Shown here one piece after another: positions 1 through 8,240 of a stretch of DNA of 64,000 nucleotides. Position 1 is the first letter of the stretch. The number at the start of each line of letters is the position of its first letter. Source of the DNA: an uncultured Clostridia bacterium (lineage in GTDB: Bacteria; Bacillota; Clostridia; Christensenellales; CAG-917); contig CANQNC010000001.1 in NCBI GenBank assembly GCA_947625145.1, forward strand, positions 74,312 through 138,311, read 5' to 3'. The translations under genes were made by a program, and so were the position numbers. The notes under the pieces were generated by a model, which saw only the letters and a program-made list of their open reading frames with translations, ran no database searches and was not told where the DNA came from.

Positions 1-1
1 C

Positions 2-430
2 ACGGGACAGTCGGGCTTTGCCACATCAAGGCTGACGGGGCTTACAAACGACGAATACAAACTTGTCATGGGCAAAGTGCTCGGGCAAGGCGGCTGGGGC
101 AAAAACGGCAAATGGAACGGCTGGCTTCTTCTGCCCGTTCTTTCCGTCGCGCTCAGCTTTTTGTCCACGAAGTTGCTCAGCAAAGCGCAGGGACAGCCGC
201 CCGCGGCGCCTGCGGGCGGGGGCGGAGACGCCCAAAATCAATCCATGAAGATGATGCAATGGGTCATGCCCGTGATGATGGGCGTGTTCGGATTGCTATA
301 TTCGGGCGCGTTTGCGCTGTACATGTTCACAAGCTCGCTTACGGCGATCGTGTTCCAGCTGTTGTTCAACCTTGTCGGAAGGCTGCTGGACAGATCCAAG
401 GGGAGAGCGCCGAGAGCGGCAAAAAGATAG
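2..430 (+). CDS. yidC: YidC/Oxa1-family membrane insertase, C-terminal part (5' end lies upstream of the window)
   Basis: The frame is open from base 2. Hydrophobic helices (WLLLPVLSVALSFLSTKL, MQWVMPVMMGVFGLLYSGAFALYMFTSS) are followed by a basic tail. It sits directly upstream of jag-mnmE-mnmG, the conserved Firmicute origin-region order. Confidence 0.7.
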   Translation, partial: TGQSGFATSRLTGLTNDEYKLVMGKVLGQGGWGKNGKWNGWLLLPVLSVALSFLSTKLLSKAQGQPPAAPAGGGGDAQNQSMKMMQWVMPVMMGVFGLLYSGAFALYMFTSSLTAIVFQLLFNLVGRLLDRSKGRAPRAAKR

Positions 431-466
431 GCTTTGCCGCAGTCAAAAAAGAAATTGGGAGACAAT

Positions 467-1342
467 ATGGAAAAGGAAATTCAAACGCAGGCCTCAAGCG
501 TGGACAAGGCGATCGAGCTTGCTCTCGAGCAGCTCGGCGTTGACAGGGACGCCGTGGAGGTCGAGGTCCTGAGCAAAGGAGGGCTCTTCTCGAAGGCGAA
601 GGTCAAGGTCACCGTCAAGGAGACGGCGGAAGATCAGCTCGAAAAGTTTGTCAACGGCACGCTCGAGCGCATGGGCGCCGCGTGCAGGGCGACAGTCGTC
701 AACAGGGACGGGGAACTGTACGTCAACATCGAGGGCGAGGACAGCAACGTCGCGATAGGCTACAGAGGGGAAGTTCTCGACGCGTTGCAGTGCCTGACGG
801 TCACGTTTTTGAACGACAGAAACAAGGACTACAAAAAGGTGGTCGTGGACGCGGAAAACTATCGCGAAAGGCGCAGGGTCACCCTCACCGAACTTGCCGA
901 GAGGCTCGCGCAAAAGGCGGTGCGCTTGCGCAGGAAGATCGCGCTTGAACCCATGCATCCGTTTGAAAGGCGGATCATCCACAGCGCGCTCGCAGAGGAC
1001 GTCACGGTGGAGACGCACAGCGAGGGCGAGGAACCAAACAGATATATAGTCATCACTCCCGTGGGAGTGGAGCTTAAGGATCCCCGTCCGTTGAAAAACG
1101 GCGAGCACGACAGACGAGACGGCCGCAAGGACAGCCGCGGGCGCAAGAGCTCGGGCGGCAGAAACGACAGGGGCCGCTCGAAAAACAGGAACGAAAGGCG
1201 GGACTTCGCGCGCGAACGCGAGGAAGAGGTCGAGGACGGCAACGTCTACAGAGGCATGTTCACGCAGGACGACTTCGTGAAGCCCGCGCCTCCCGCAGGG
1301 CCTCCCAAATACAAGAGTTTCGGGGGCAAAAAGAGGTTCTGA
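467..1342 (+). CDS. jag: Jag/KhpB RNA-binding protein (Jag_N, KH, R3H) with a long Arg/Gly/Asp-rich C-terminal tail
   Basis: The N-terminus MEKEIQTQASSVDKAIELALEQLGV matches Jag_N. An R3H-like segment (LEPMHPFERRIIHSAL) is present. GGGAGA lies upstream of the ATG at 467; the track start at 434 is a TTG. The position between yidC and mnmE fits. Confidence 0.85.
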   Translation: MEKEIQTQASSVDKAIELALEQLGVDRDAVEVEVLSKGGLFSKAKVKVTVKETAEDQLEKFVNGTLERMGAACRATVVNRDGELYVNIEGEDSNVAIGYRGEVLDALQCLTVTFLNDRNKDYKKVVVDAENYRERRRVTLTELAERLAQKAVRLRRKIALEPMHPFERRIIHSALAEDVTVETHSEGEEPNRYIVITPVGVELKDPRPLKNGEHDRRDGRKDSRGRKSSGGRNDRGRSKNRNERRDFAREREEEVEDGNVYRGMFTQDDFVKPAPPAGPPKYKSFGGKKRF

Positions 1343-2647
1343 ATGAACACGATTGCCGCTATATCAACACCTATAGGCGTAGGTGGCGTCGGTATTGTGC
1401 GCGTCTCGGGCGACGAGGCGTTGCGCATAGCGGGCGCCATCTTTGATTTTGCAAACAAAAGCGCGGAGTGGCAGCCCTTGCATATGCGTTTCGGCACGTT
1501 CAAGGCAAAGGACTTTTGCGACAAGGGCTACGCGGTCTATTTCCCCGCAAAGCGCGCATACACGGGCGAGGACACCGTGGAGTTTTATCTTCACGGCGGC
1601 GTACGCATAATGCAAGGCGCACTTGACGCCATCTTGGCGCAGGGCGCGAGGCTTGCAGGCAGAGGGGAGTTTACAAAGCGCGCGTTTTTGAGCGGAAGGC
1701 TGTCTCTTGCGGACGCGGAGGGCGTGATAGACATGATCAACGCCGAGAGCGCCGCGGGTCTGCGCGCCGCGTACGCGCTGATGGACGGCAGGCTGAGCCG
1801 CGAGATAAACGCCATTTCGGACAGGCTGGAAGCCTTGATCGCGGGGCTGGAAGCCTCTCTCGATTATCCCGACGAGATGGAGGACGAGGCGCTTGCTCCT
1901 CTTTCCGACGAACTCAACGGATGCTTGGCGCATATCGACAGGCTTTTGGCGTCCGCAAGCGCGGGGCGGTTTGCAAGGCAGGGGCTGAAGGTCGCTCTGA
2001 TAGGCGCGCCCAACGTGGGCAAGTCATCGCTGTTGAATTGCATGCTGGGCAGCGATCGCGCGATCGTGGCGGACAAGGCGGGCACGACGCGCGACACCGT
2101 GGAAGCCGCCATGGAGTACAATGGCGTCAAGCTTATCTTGACGGACACCGCGGGGCTCAGAGAGAGTTCGGACGAGGTGGAAGCCGAGGGCGTGGAACGC
2201 GCAAAGCGCGCGGCGGAAAGCGCGGACGTCGTGTTGCACGTTGTGGATCGTTCTTCGCCGCAGGACATGGCGGAGATTTGGGGCAAGCCCGTGTTTGAAG
2301 TGTTCAACAAGTGCGACGTCTACGGCTTTGCCATCCCTCGCATGGCGCATGCGCACGCGGTCAGCGCAAAGACGGGAGAGGGGGTCGGAGAGTTGCTTGA
2401 CGACGTGGTCTCCTTTGCGGTCGCGGACGTCGGCGACGGCGAGCTTATTGCAAACGAAAGGCACATTTCCGCACTTTATCGTGCAAAAGACGCGCTTAAA
2501 GCCGCGATTGCGTCATCAGACCGCACAATAGATTGCATTTTGATAGACCTCAGAGAGGCGTACGACGCGCTTGGAGAGATCACGGGAAGAAGCGCGAGCG
2601 AAAGCATTGTGGACAGCGTTTTCGATCGCTTTTGCGTTGGGAAGTGA
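1343..2647 (+). CDS. mnmE: tRNA modification GTPase MnmE (TrmE)
   Basis: G1 motif GAPNVGKSSLLN, DTAGLR (G3), NKCD (G4) and the C-terminal CVGK tetrapeptide typical of MnmE. Adjacent to mnmG. Confidence 0.95.
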   Translation: MNTIAAISTPIGVGGVGIVRVSGDEALRIAGAIFDFANKSAEWQPLHMRFGTFKAKDFCDKGYAVYFPAKRAYTGEDTVEFYLHGGVRIMQGALDAILAQGARLAGRGEFTKRAFLSGRLSLADAEGVIDMINAESAAGLRAAYALMDGRLSREINAISDRLEALIAGLEASLDYPDEMEDEALAPLSDELNGCLAHIDRLLASASAGRFARQGLKVALIGAPNVGKSSLLNCMLGSDRAIVADKAGTTRDTVEAAMEYNGVKLILTDTAGLRESSDEVEAEGVERAKRAAESADVVLHVVDRSSPQDMAEIWGKPVFEVFNKCDVYGFAIPRMAHAHAVSAKTGEGVGELLDDVVSFAVADVGDGELIANERHISALYRAKDALKAAIASSDRTIDCILIDLREAYDALGEITGRSASESIVDSVFDRFCVGK

Positions 2648-2649
2648 GT

Positions 2650-4473
2650 ATGAAGGATTTCGACGTCATTGTTGTGGGCGCGGGGCATGCGGGCGTTGAA
2701 GCGGCGCTTGCGGCGGCAAGGCTGAGCATGCGCACGCTGTTGCTGTGCACCGAGGAGGGCACCGTTGCAAACATGCCCTGCAATCCGTCCATAGGCGGCA
2801 CCGCAAAGGGGCACCTCGTCAGAGAGGTGGACGCTCTCGGCGGCGAGATGGGCGTTTGCGCGGACAAGGCGTTGCTTCAAATCAAGATGCTCAACGCCAC
2901 CAAGGGTCCCGCGGTCTACTCTCTGCGCGGGCAGGAGGACAAGGGGTTGTATCACAAACTCATGCTCGCGACGCTTTCGGAGCAGGAGGGGCTTGAACTC
3001 GCGTACGACGAAGTTGTGGATCTGGACGTCGAGGACGGACGGATAGAGGGCGTGCTCGCCGCCGAGCGCGGACATATATCCTGCCGCGCGGTCGTGCTTG
3101 CGACGGGCGTTTATCTTTCAAGCTCCATCATCACGGGCGAGGAAGTGAAGCGGGAGGGCCCGAGCGGATTTTTGCCCGCGCGCAAGCTCTCGGAGGCGCT
3201 TATACGTCTGGGCTTGCCCCTCCGCCGTTTCAAGACGGGGACCCCCGCAAGGATATATCGCGACAGCATAGATTTTTCAAAGACCGAACTTCAAAGCGGC
3301 AACACCTCGGACAGGTTTTCCTTCCTCTCCGAGCATGCGGTCTTCGAGGAAGAGCCGTGCTATCTCACCTACACCAACGAGCAAACGCACGAGATCATTC
3401 GACAAAACATATCGCTCAGCCCCCTTTACAACGGGACCATCGTGGGCGTGGGCCCGCGCTATTGCCCGTCCATCGAGACGAAAGTCATGCGCTTTCCGAA
3501 CAAGACGCGGCATCAGGTGTTTATCGAGCCCGAAGGGCTTCGCAGCGAGTTGATGTACATTCAGGGCATGTCGACTTCTCTTCCCGCAAGCGTGCAGGAG
3601 CTTATGTATCGCACGATCCCGGGGCTTGAGGATTGCCGCTTCGCAAAATACGGATACGCCATAGAATACGATTGTCTGGATCCGCAAAGCCTCTATCCGT
3701 CCCTTCAAAGCAAGCTCGTCGCGGGCTTGTTCAGCGCGGGGCAGTTCAACGGCAGCAGCGGCTATGAAGAGGCGGCGGCGCAGGGGATAATCGCGGGCAT
3801 AAACGCCGCGGCAAGTTGCAAGTGTAGGCCTCCCTTGATCTTGGGCAGGGACGAGGCGTACATAGGGGTGCTGATAGACGATCTTGTCACAAAAGGCACG
3901 CTCGAGCCCTATCGCATGATGACCGCCCGCGCGGAACACCGCATCATGCTCAGGCAGGACAACGCGGACATGAGGCTTACGCCGATCGGATACGAGATAG
4001 GACTTGCAAGCGAAAAGAGATATCGCCGCATGCTCGAAAAAAAAGAGGAGATCGCGCGCGTGCTCGCGCACAGGGACGACGTTGTGCGCGCGGACTGTCT
4101 GTTGCGCTCGATCGGCGAGGAGCCGAAGCCCGTCACCATAGCGCAATTGTGCCGTCGTCCGCAGGTCTCGGCGGCGGACATCAAGCCTCTTTTGCCCTTC
4201 GAGGCGGAGGACGAGGCGCTCGAGGCGGCGGTCATAGAGCTGAAATACGAGGGTTACCTCGAAAAGGAAAAGGCGGCGGTCAGGGAACAGCGGCGGTTGG
4301 AGGAAAAGCCCATCCCCGCGGACTTCGATTACGGCTCCGTCCACGCGCTACGCGCGGAGGCGATCGAAAAGCTGTCCGCGATCCGTCCCCTTTCGCTCGG
4401 ACAGGCGTCGAGGATCTCGGGAGTTTCCCCCGCGGATATTGCGGTTTTGATCGTCGCGTTGCGCGCGAATTGA
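2650..4473 (+). CDS. mnmG: tRNA uridine 5-carboxymethylaminomethyl modification enzyme MnmG (GidA)
   Basis: FAD-binding N-terminus MKDFDVIVVGAGHAGVEAA, GPRYCPSIE motif, ~607 aa. The start is taken at the ATG at 2650, 2 nt after the mnmE stop; the track start at 2533 overlaps mnmE. Confidence 0.95.
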   Translation: MKDFDVIVVGAGHAGVEAALAAARLSMRTLLLCTEEGTVANMPCNPSIGGTAKGHLVREVDALGGEMGVCADKALLQIKMLNATKGPAVYSLRGQEDKGLYHKLMLATLSEQEGLELAYDEVVDLDVEDGRIEGVLAAERGHISCRAVVLATGVYLSSSIITGEEVKREGPSGFLPARKLSEALIRLGLPLRRFKTGTPARIYRDSIDFSKTELQSGNTSDRFSFLSEHAVFEEEPCYLTYTNEQTHEIIRQNISLSPLYNGTIVGVGPRYCPSIETKVMRFPNKTRHQVFIEPEGLRSELMYIQGMSTSLPASVQELMYRTIPGLEDCRFAKYGYAIEYDCLDPQSLYPSLQSKLVAGLFSAGQFNGSSGYEEAAAQGIIAGINAAASCKCRPPLILGRDEAYIGVLIDDLVTKGTLEPYRMMTARAEHRIMLRQDNADMRLTPIGYEIGLASEKRYRRMLEKKEEIARVLAHRDDVVRADCLLRSIGEEPKPVTIAQLCRRPQVSAADIKPLLPFEAEDEALEAAVIELKYEGYLEKEKAAVREQRRLEEKPIPADFDYGSVHALRAEAIEKLSAIRPLSLGQASRISGVSPADIAVLIVALRAN

Positions 4474-4587
4474 GCTTATCAAGAGTAGAAATATGATATG
4501 AAAGTTTCGGACTTGCCCTTACGGCGGGTCCTTTTCAAGTTCAAGGTCCAAGCGGGACGGCGCAAGGGCGGAGAGATACGGGATTTC

Positions 4588-4627
4588 GAACAAAACGCGG
4601 AAAAGGCACCAAAGTGCCTTGACCGCG
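4588..4627 (-). terminator. Hairpin plus T-tract downstream of spo0A (minus strand)
   Basis: CGCGG-AAAAGGCAC-CAAA-GTGCCTT-GA-CCGCG stem-loop at 4596-4627. On the minus strand it is followed by TTTTGTTC. It lies 37 nt after the spo0A stop. Confidence 0.5.
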
Positions 4628-4663
4628 TTGGATAAAGGGGAAAAGAAATGGATAATAAGCGCG

Positions 4664-5407
4664 TTATGCCGACTCCAACAACAGCTTGTCCGCGATCAGC
4701 GCGATGAACTCGCCGTTTGTCGGCTTTTCGTTCGGCGAGTAGACTTTGATGCCGAAGATGTTGTTGATGTTTTCTATTTTGCCTCTGCTCCACGCGACCT
4801 CTATCGCGTGGCGAATGGCACGTTCCACCTTTGACGGCGAGGTCTGATAGCGTTCGGCGATCCCGGGATACAGCCGCTTTGTGATGGAGTTGATGATGTC
4901 CGGGGTCTCGATGGTCATTTTGATCGCTTCGCGCAGGAATTGATAGCCTTTTATGTGCGCGGGGATGCCCACGGAGATGAACAGATTTGCGATCTTTTCG
5001 TCAAGCGAGCGGTTGCGCTTTTGGGACGCGGGCCTTTCCGCGGGTTTGGGAGAGGAAAGTTCGTCAAACAGCTTCGGGAGCATTTCGAAGTCAAAGGGCT
5101 TTGCGAGGAAATAGCTCGCGCCGTATTGCATGGCCTTTTGCACGAAGCCGTCCGTGGCAAGCTGGGACATCATCACCACAAGCGTGCGTTTGTTTTCAAG
5201 CGCGCTCAGCACTCCGAATCCGTCAAGCTCGGGCATCACGATGTCAAGCAGCAGGAAGTCGGGCTTGAATTCGTCCACAAGTTCAAGCGCCTTCACGCCG
5301 TTTTGAGCGACGCCGACGACCTCGTATCCCTCTTTTTGCAAGAAGAACTGTTTCAGGCTGTCGGCAAGAGCGATATTATCATCTGCTATAATTAGTGTTT
5401 TTGGCAT
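4664..5407 (-). CDS. spo0A: Sporulation master regulator Spo0A
   Basis: Receiver domain (LLLDIVMPELDG) plus the Spo0A-specific DNA-binding signature SVGIPAHIKGYQFLREAI and ...SKVERAIRHAIEVAW. GGAGG lies 7 nt upstream of the ATG at 5407. Confidence 0.95.
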   Translation of the reverse strand: MPKTLIIADDNIALADSLKQFFLQKEGYEVVGVAQNGVKALELVDEFKPDFLLLDIVMPELDGFGVLSALENKRTLVVMMSQLATDGFVQKAMQYGASYFLAKPFDFEMLPKLFDELSSPKPAERPASQKRNRSLDEKIANLFISVGIPAHIKGYQFLREAIKMTIETPDIINSITKRLYPGIAERYQTSPSKVERAIRHAIEVAWSRGKIENINNIFGIKVYSPNEKPTNGEFIALIADKLLLESA

Positions 5408-5756
5408 AAATTCCTCCGTTTTATGCAAATATAATATCAAAATTTTTGAATTCCGCTAATGGGAAATTTCCACGCAATATGTGGCCTTTTGTCGCATTTT
5501 ATTCGCTTATGTCTTATTTGGATTTGTTGATACAAAACACCCCAAAATGTCTTGTTTGCGGACATTTTATATCAGTCTATGCGGATTTTCAAACATTATT
5601 TTCACAAATTTTTTCCAACACCACATATTGCCGTCTGTTTGAGATAACCATACAAAATAGGGCCCAAATGAATTTTTTTTGTAAAAAAGCAAAAAATCAG
5701 TTTACAGAATGGTATTCTATCAATATAATATATGAAAAATAAGCAAGAGGTTTTTT

Positions 5757-6212
5757 ATGGGGAAATACAAAAAATGTCCGCGTTGCGAGCTGAATTGGAT
5801 CGCAAACGATGAGGAACTGTGCGAGGTCTGCAAGGCGGAACTCGGCAAAGCAAGTTCTATCTCCCTGCTCGAAGAGGACGACGACTTGAGCATGGAGGAT
5901 AGGATCTGTCCCATCTGCAAGGTCAACTATCTCGAGCCCGACGAGGATATCTGCGCAAGCTGCAGAGCGGAGCAGGCGGCAAAGGAAAACGAAAAAGCGG
6001 AAGAGGAAAATTGGCAGGACTTTATGGACGACGCCGCGCTCGACGACGAGACCGAGGTCTCCCTCTCTCAACTTCAGGAAGAAGAGGAGGAGGAAGAAGA
6101 GGAAGAGGAGGAGATCAACGACGAGCCCGACGACTATGTGTCTATAGACGAAATTGACGACATCCCCGACGACGAGGACGACGAGGATGAGGACGAGGAC
6201 TCCGACATTTGA
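5757..6212 (+). CDS. Small double zinc-ribbon protein with a hyper-acidic C-terminal half (unknown function)
   Basis: Two CxxC-x11-CxxC units (C7/C10/C22/C25 and C51/C54/C66/C69). The C-terminal ~70 aa are almost entirely D/E, including a 14-residue Glu run. A strong terminator follows. Confidence 0.7.
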   Translation: MGKYKKCPRCELNWIANDEELCEVCKAELGKASSISLLEEDDDLSMEDRICPICKVNYLEPDEDICASCRAEQAAKENEKAEEENWQDFMDDAALDDETEVSLSQLQEEEEEEEEEEEEINDEPDDYVSIDEIDDIPDDEDDEDEDEDSDI

Positions 6213-6218
6213 CCTTTC

Positions 6219-6242
6219 GCGCCGCGCATGCGGCGCTTTTTT
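6219..6242 (+). terminator. Rho-independent terminator of the acidic zinc-ribbon gene
   Basis: GCGCCGC-GCAT-GCGGCGC followed by TTTTTT. Confidence 0.8.
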
Positions 6243-6283
6243 ATGCCGAACCGAAAATTCGCAACATGAAGAAAATTTGACGC

Positions 6284-6317
6284 AAAACCCCGTCTGCAAA
6301 GCGAACGGGGAGTTTTT
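6284..6317. terminator. Bidirectional hairpin terminator downstream of ispE
   Basis: AAAA-CCCCGT...ACGGGG-AGTTTTT. A-run and T-run flank the stem, 30 nt beyond the ispE stop. Confidence 0.6.
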
Positions 6318-6346
6318 ATTGACGATTTTTGTTTTGAAGAGCGGAA

Positions 6347-7135
6347 TTATTTTAGGATTTTGACGACGGCGACCGCGCTTCCGCTGCCCGACATGACGAC
6401 GTGCTCCTCTTTTTTTGAAAGTTTGCGCGTCAGGCGAGCTATGCGTGGGTTCAGCCTTTCGGCGGCGGGGGAGAGGTCGTTGCGGCAGAGGGCGACCGCC
6501 TCTTGGACGGACGTAGGGATATCTCCATGCGATATCGCGTTTTCCGCGTTCAGCAAGTCGTACATGGCGTAGCACGCGGCGGAATCGCAACCCCCTTTTG
6601 CGATATGCAGGTCTATGGAAAGGGGCGGACAGGGCAGCGCTTGGACGTCCTCGCCCACTCCGCGCACGCGACAACAACCGCCCGCGTACATGGCGGGGAC
6701 GTCGCTGCCGAGCGACAACAGAAAGTCGATCGGGACATCCGCGGTTTTGTCCGAGGCTTTCAAACTCTCCTCGATCGCGCGGATCGCCGCGACGACGCAT
6801 GCGGACGAGCCTCCTATCCCCGCTCCGAGGGGGACGCGCTTTGTGAGGAAAAGCGTTCCGTTCACTCCGAAGAAAGAGGAGAGCTTGTCTGCGATCGGCG
6901 TGAAAAATTCCGAAAAGCGGCGGGCGTTGAACCCGCGATAATGCGCGCGGACCTCCACTCTCAAGCCCTCGGCGGCGCTTGGCACAAACTCCGCGACATC
7001 CGAAAGAGGGGGATACGCGCAGACGATCATGTCCAAGGCGTGCAAATTCCCCCTCTTCCCCGTGATGGCGAGGGAGAGGTTGACTTTTGCCGCGCATGAG
7101 GCATGATAAACGTTTTGCTGTTTTTGAGCGTCCAT
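6347..7135 (-). CDS. ispE: 4-diphosphocytidyl-2-C-methyl-D-erythritol kinase (IspE)
   Basis: GHMP-kinase motif PLGAGIGGSSA and N-terminal AKVNLSLAITGKR. Start taken at MDAQ (7135); the upstream part of the track ORF is basic junk. Confidence 0.85.
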   Translation of the reverse strand: MDAQKQQNVYHASCAAKVNLSLAITGKRGNLHALDMIVCAYPPLSDVAEFVPSAAEGLRVEVRAHYRGFNARRFSEFFTPIADKLSSFFGVNGTLFLTKRVPLGAGIGGSSACVVAAIRAIEESLKASDKTADVPIDFLLSLGSDVPAMYAGGCCRVRGVGEDVQALPCPPLSIDLHIAKGGCDSAACYAMYDLLNAENAISHGDIPTSVQEAVALCRNDLSPAAERLNPRIARLTRKLSKKEEHVVMSGSGSAVAVVKILK

Positions 7136-7470
7136 AGCGCCATTGTAGCACCTTTCCGCGTTTTGTTCAACGATTTTGTGGGAACGACGACGATACTTTG
7201 AAAAAACGCGCGCACGCGCACGCGTATACGTATACAATAAAAAGAGAAGCTCTTGCCGAAAAACGAAACTCCGTCGCCCTGCGCATACAAGCGTGAGGAC
7301 CTCGCGGTTTGCCTTTTGCGTTTTGCATATGACAACGCCGCTTGCGAGAGGCTTCGTTTTGCGGGCGATGTGGGAGCGCTTCGGCAAACGAAAACGCAAA
7401 CGACCGATTTTTCGTATGTGCTGCCCAAACTTACACGAGCCTTTCTAAGCAAAGATTTAGAAATAATCCG

Positions 7471-7499
7471 TTGAGTATGCCGCGAATGTATGTTATACT
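7471..7499 (+). promoter_or_regulatory. Sigma-A-type promoter for the two-component operon
   Basis: TTGAGT, 17-bp spacer, TATACT, about 43 nt upstream of the ATG at 7542. Confidence 0.55.
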
Positions 7500-7541
7500 A
7501 ATCTTCAAGGCGGGGAGAAAATCGCCGCATACGAGGGAAAG

Positions 7542-8240
7542 ATGAATTTCAACATTTTGATTGCAGAGGACGACGAGGACATCGTAAATCTGATCGACCT
7601 TTATCTCAGCCGAGAGGGCTTTGAGTTGTTCAAGGCGAAGGACGGCGCGGAGGCGCTTGAGATATTCGGCGCAAACAAGATAGACCTTGCGATCGTGGAT
7701 CTGATGATGCCGCGCATCAACGGCTACGAGCTGATCGACAGAGTGCGCAACGAGAGCAACATCCCCATACTCATTCTGTCCGCGGCGCAGCTTGACAGCG
7801 ACAAGATCCTCGGGCTGAACATAGGCGCGGACGACTATATGGTCAAGCCCTTCAATCCGCTCGAGCTGATCGCGAGGATCAACGCGCTCCTCAGGCGCTA
7901 TTATCATCTCGGCAACGCAAGCGCCGCGACAGAGGAGAGCAAGCTTGTGGTGGGCGAGCTTTCCCTCGACACCCGTCAGCTTGCCCTCGAAAAGAGGGGG
8001 ATACCCATCCCCATCACGGCGACGGAGTACAAACTGCTTGTGCTGATGATGCGCTCTCCCGGCAAGGTTTTCACAAAGATGCAACTTTACGAAGAGGTCA
8101 ACGGAGACTATTACACAAGCGACGACAACACGGTCATGGTGCACATTTCCAACCTGCGCGACAAGATAGAGGACGACCCGAAAAACCCGCAATATATAAA
8201 AACAGTAAGAGGATTGGGATATAAATTCGAGAGGATTTGA
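7542..8240 (+). CDS. OmpR/PhoB-family response regulator
   Basis: Receiver (DLAIVDLMMPRINGYEL, K at DDYMVKPF) plus winged helix (TATEYKLLVLMM ... IKTVRGLGYKF). Confidence 0.9.
   Translation: MNFNILIAEDDEDIVNLIDLYLSREGFELFKAKDGAEALEIFGANKIDLAIVDLMMPRINGYELIDRVRNESNIPILILSAAQLDSDKILGLNIGADDYMVKPFNPLELIARINALLRRYYHLGNASAATEESKLVVGELSLDTRQLALEKRGIPIPITATEYKLLVLMMRSPGKVFTKMQLYEEVNGDYYTSDDNTVMVHISNLRDKIEDDPKNPQYIKTVRGLGYKFERI

Noticed and set aside
2533-2649. Upstream start codons given by the ORF track for mnmG (2533), glgD (19426), guaA (35964), cysS (31258), glgP (23790), glnA (47843), copA (47480), ispE (7399) and others.
   Set aside because: The extensions overlap the preceding gene or intergenic DNA, encode basic junk and lack an RBS. 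Internal ATGs preceded by GGAGG-like sites coincide with the conserved N-termini of the families. Several track starts are TTG/GTG codons shown as M.
5490-5510. Spo0A box-like sequence TGTCGCA in the spo0A upstream region.
   Set aside because: It is a single 6-of-7 match to TGTCGAA in a 350-bp AT-rich region, which is indistinguishable from chance without comparative or binding data.
7136-7470. 335-bp gap between ispE and the two-component operon, with CG-alternating runs (GCGCGCACGCGCACGCGTATACGTATAC), as a possible RNA gene.
   Set aside because: I could trace no cloverleaf or conserved ncRNA motif. There is no promoter/terminator pair apart from the one assigned to the response regulator.
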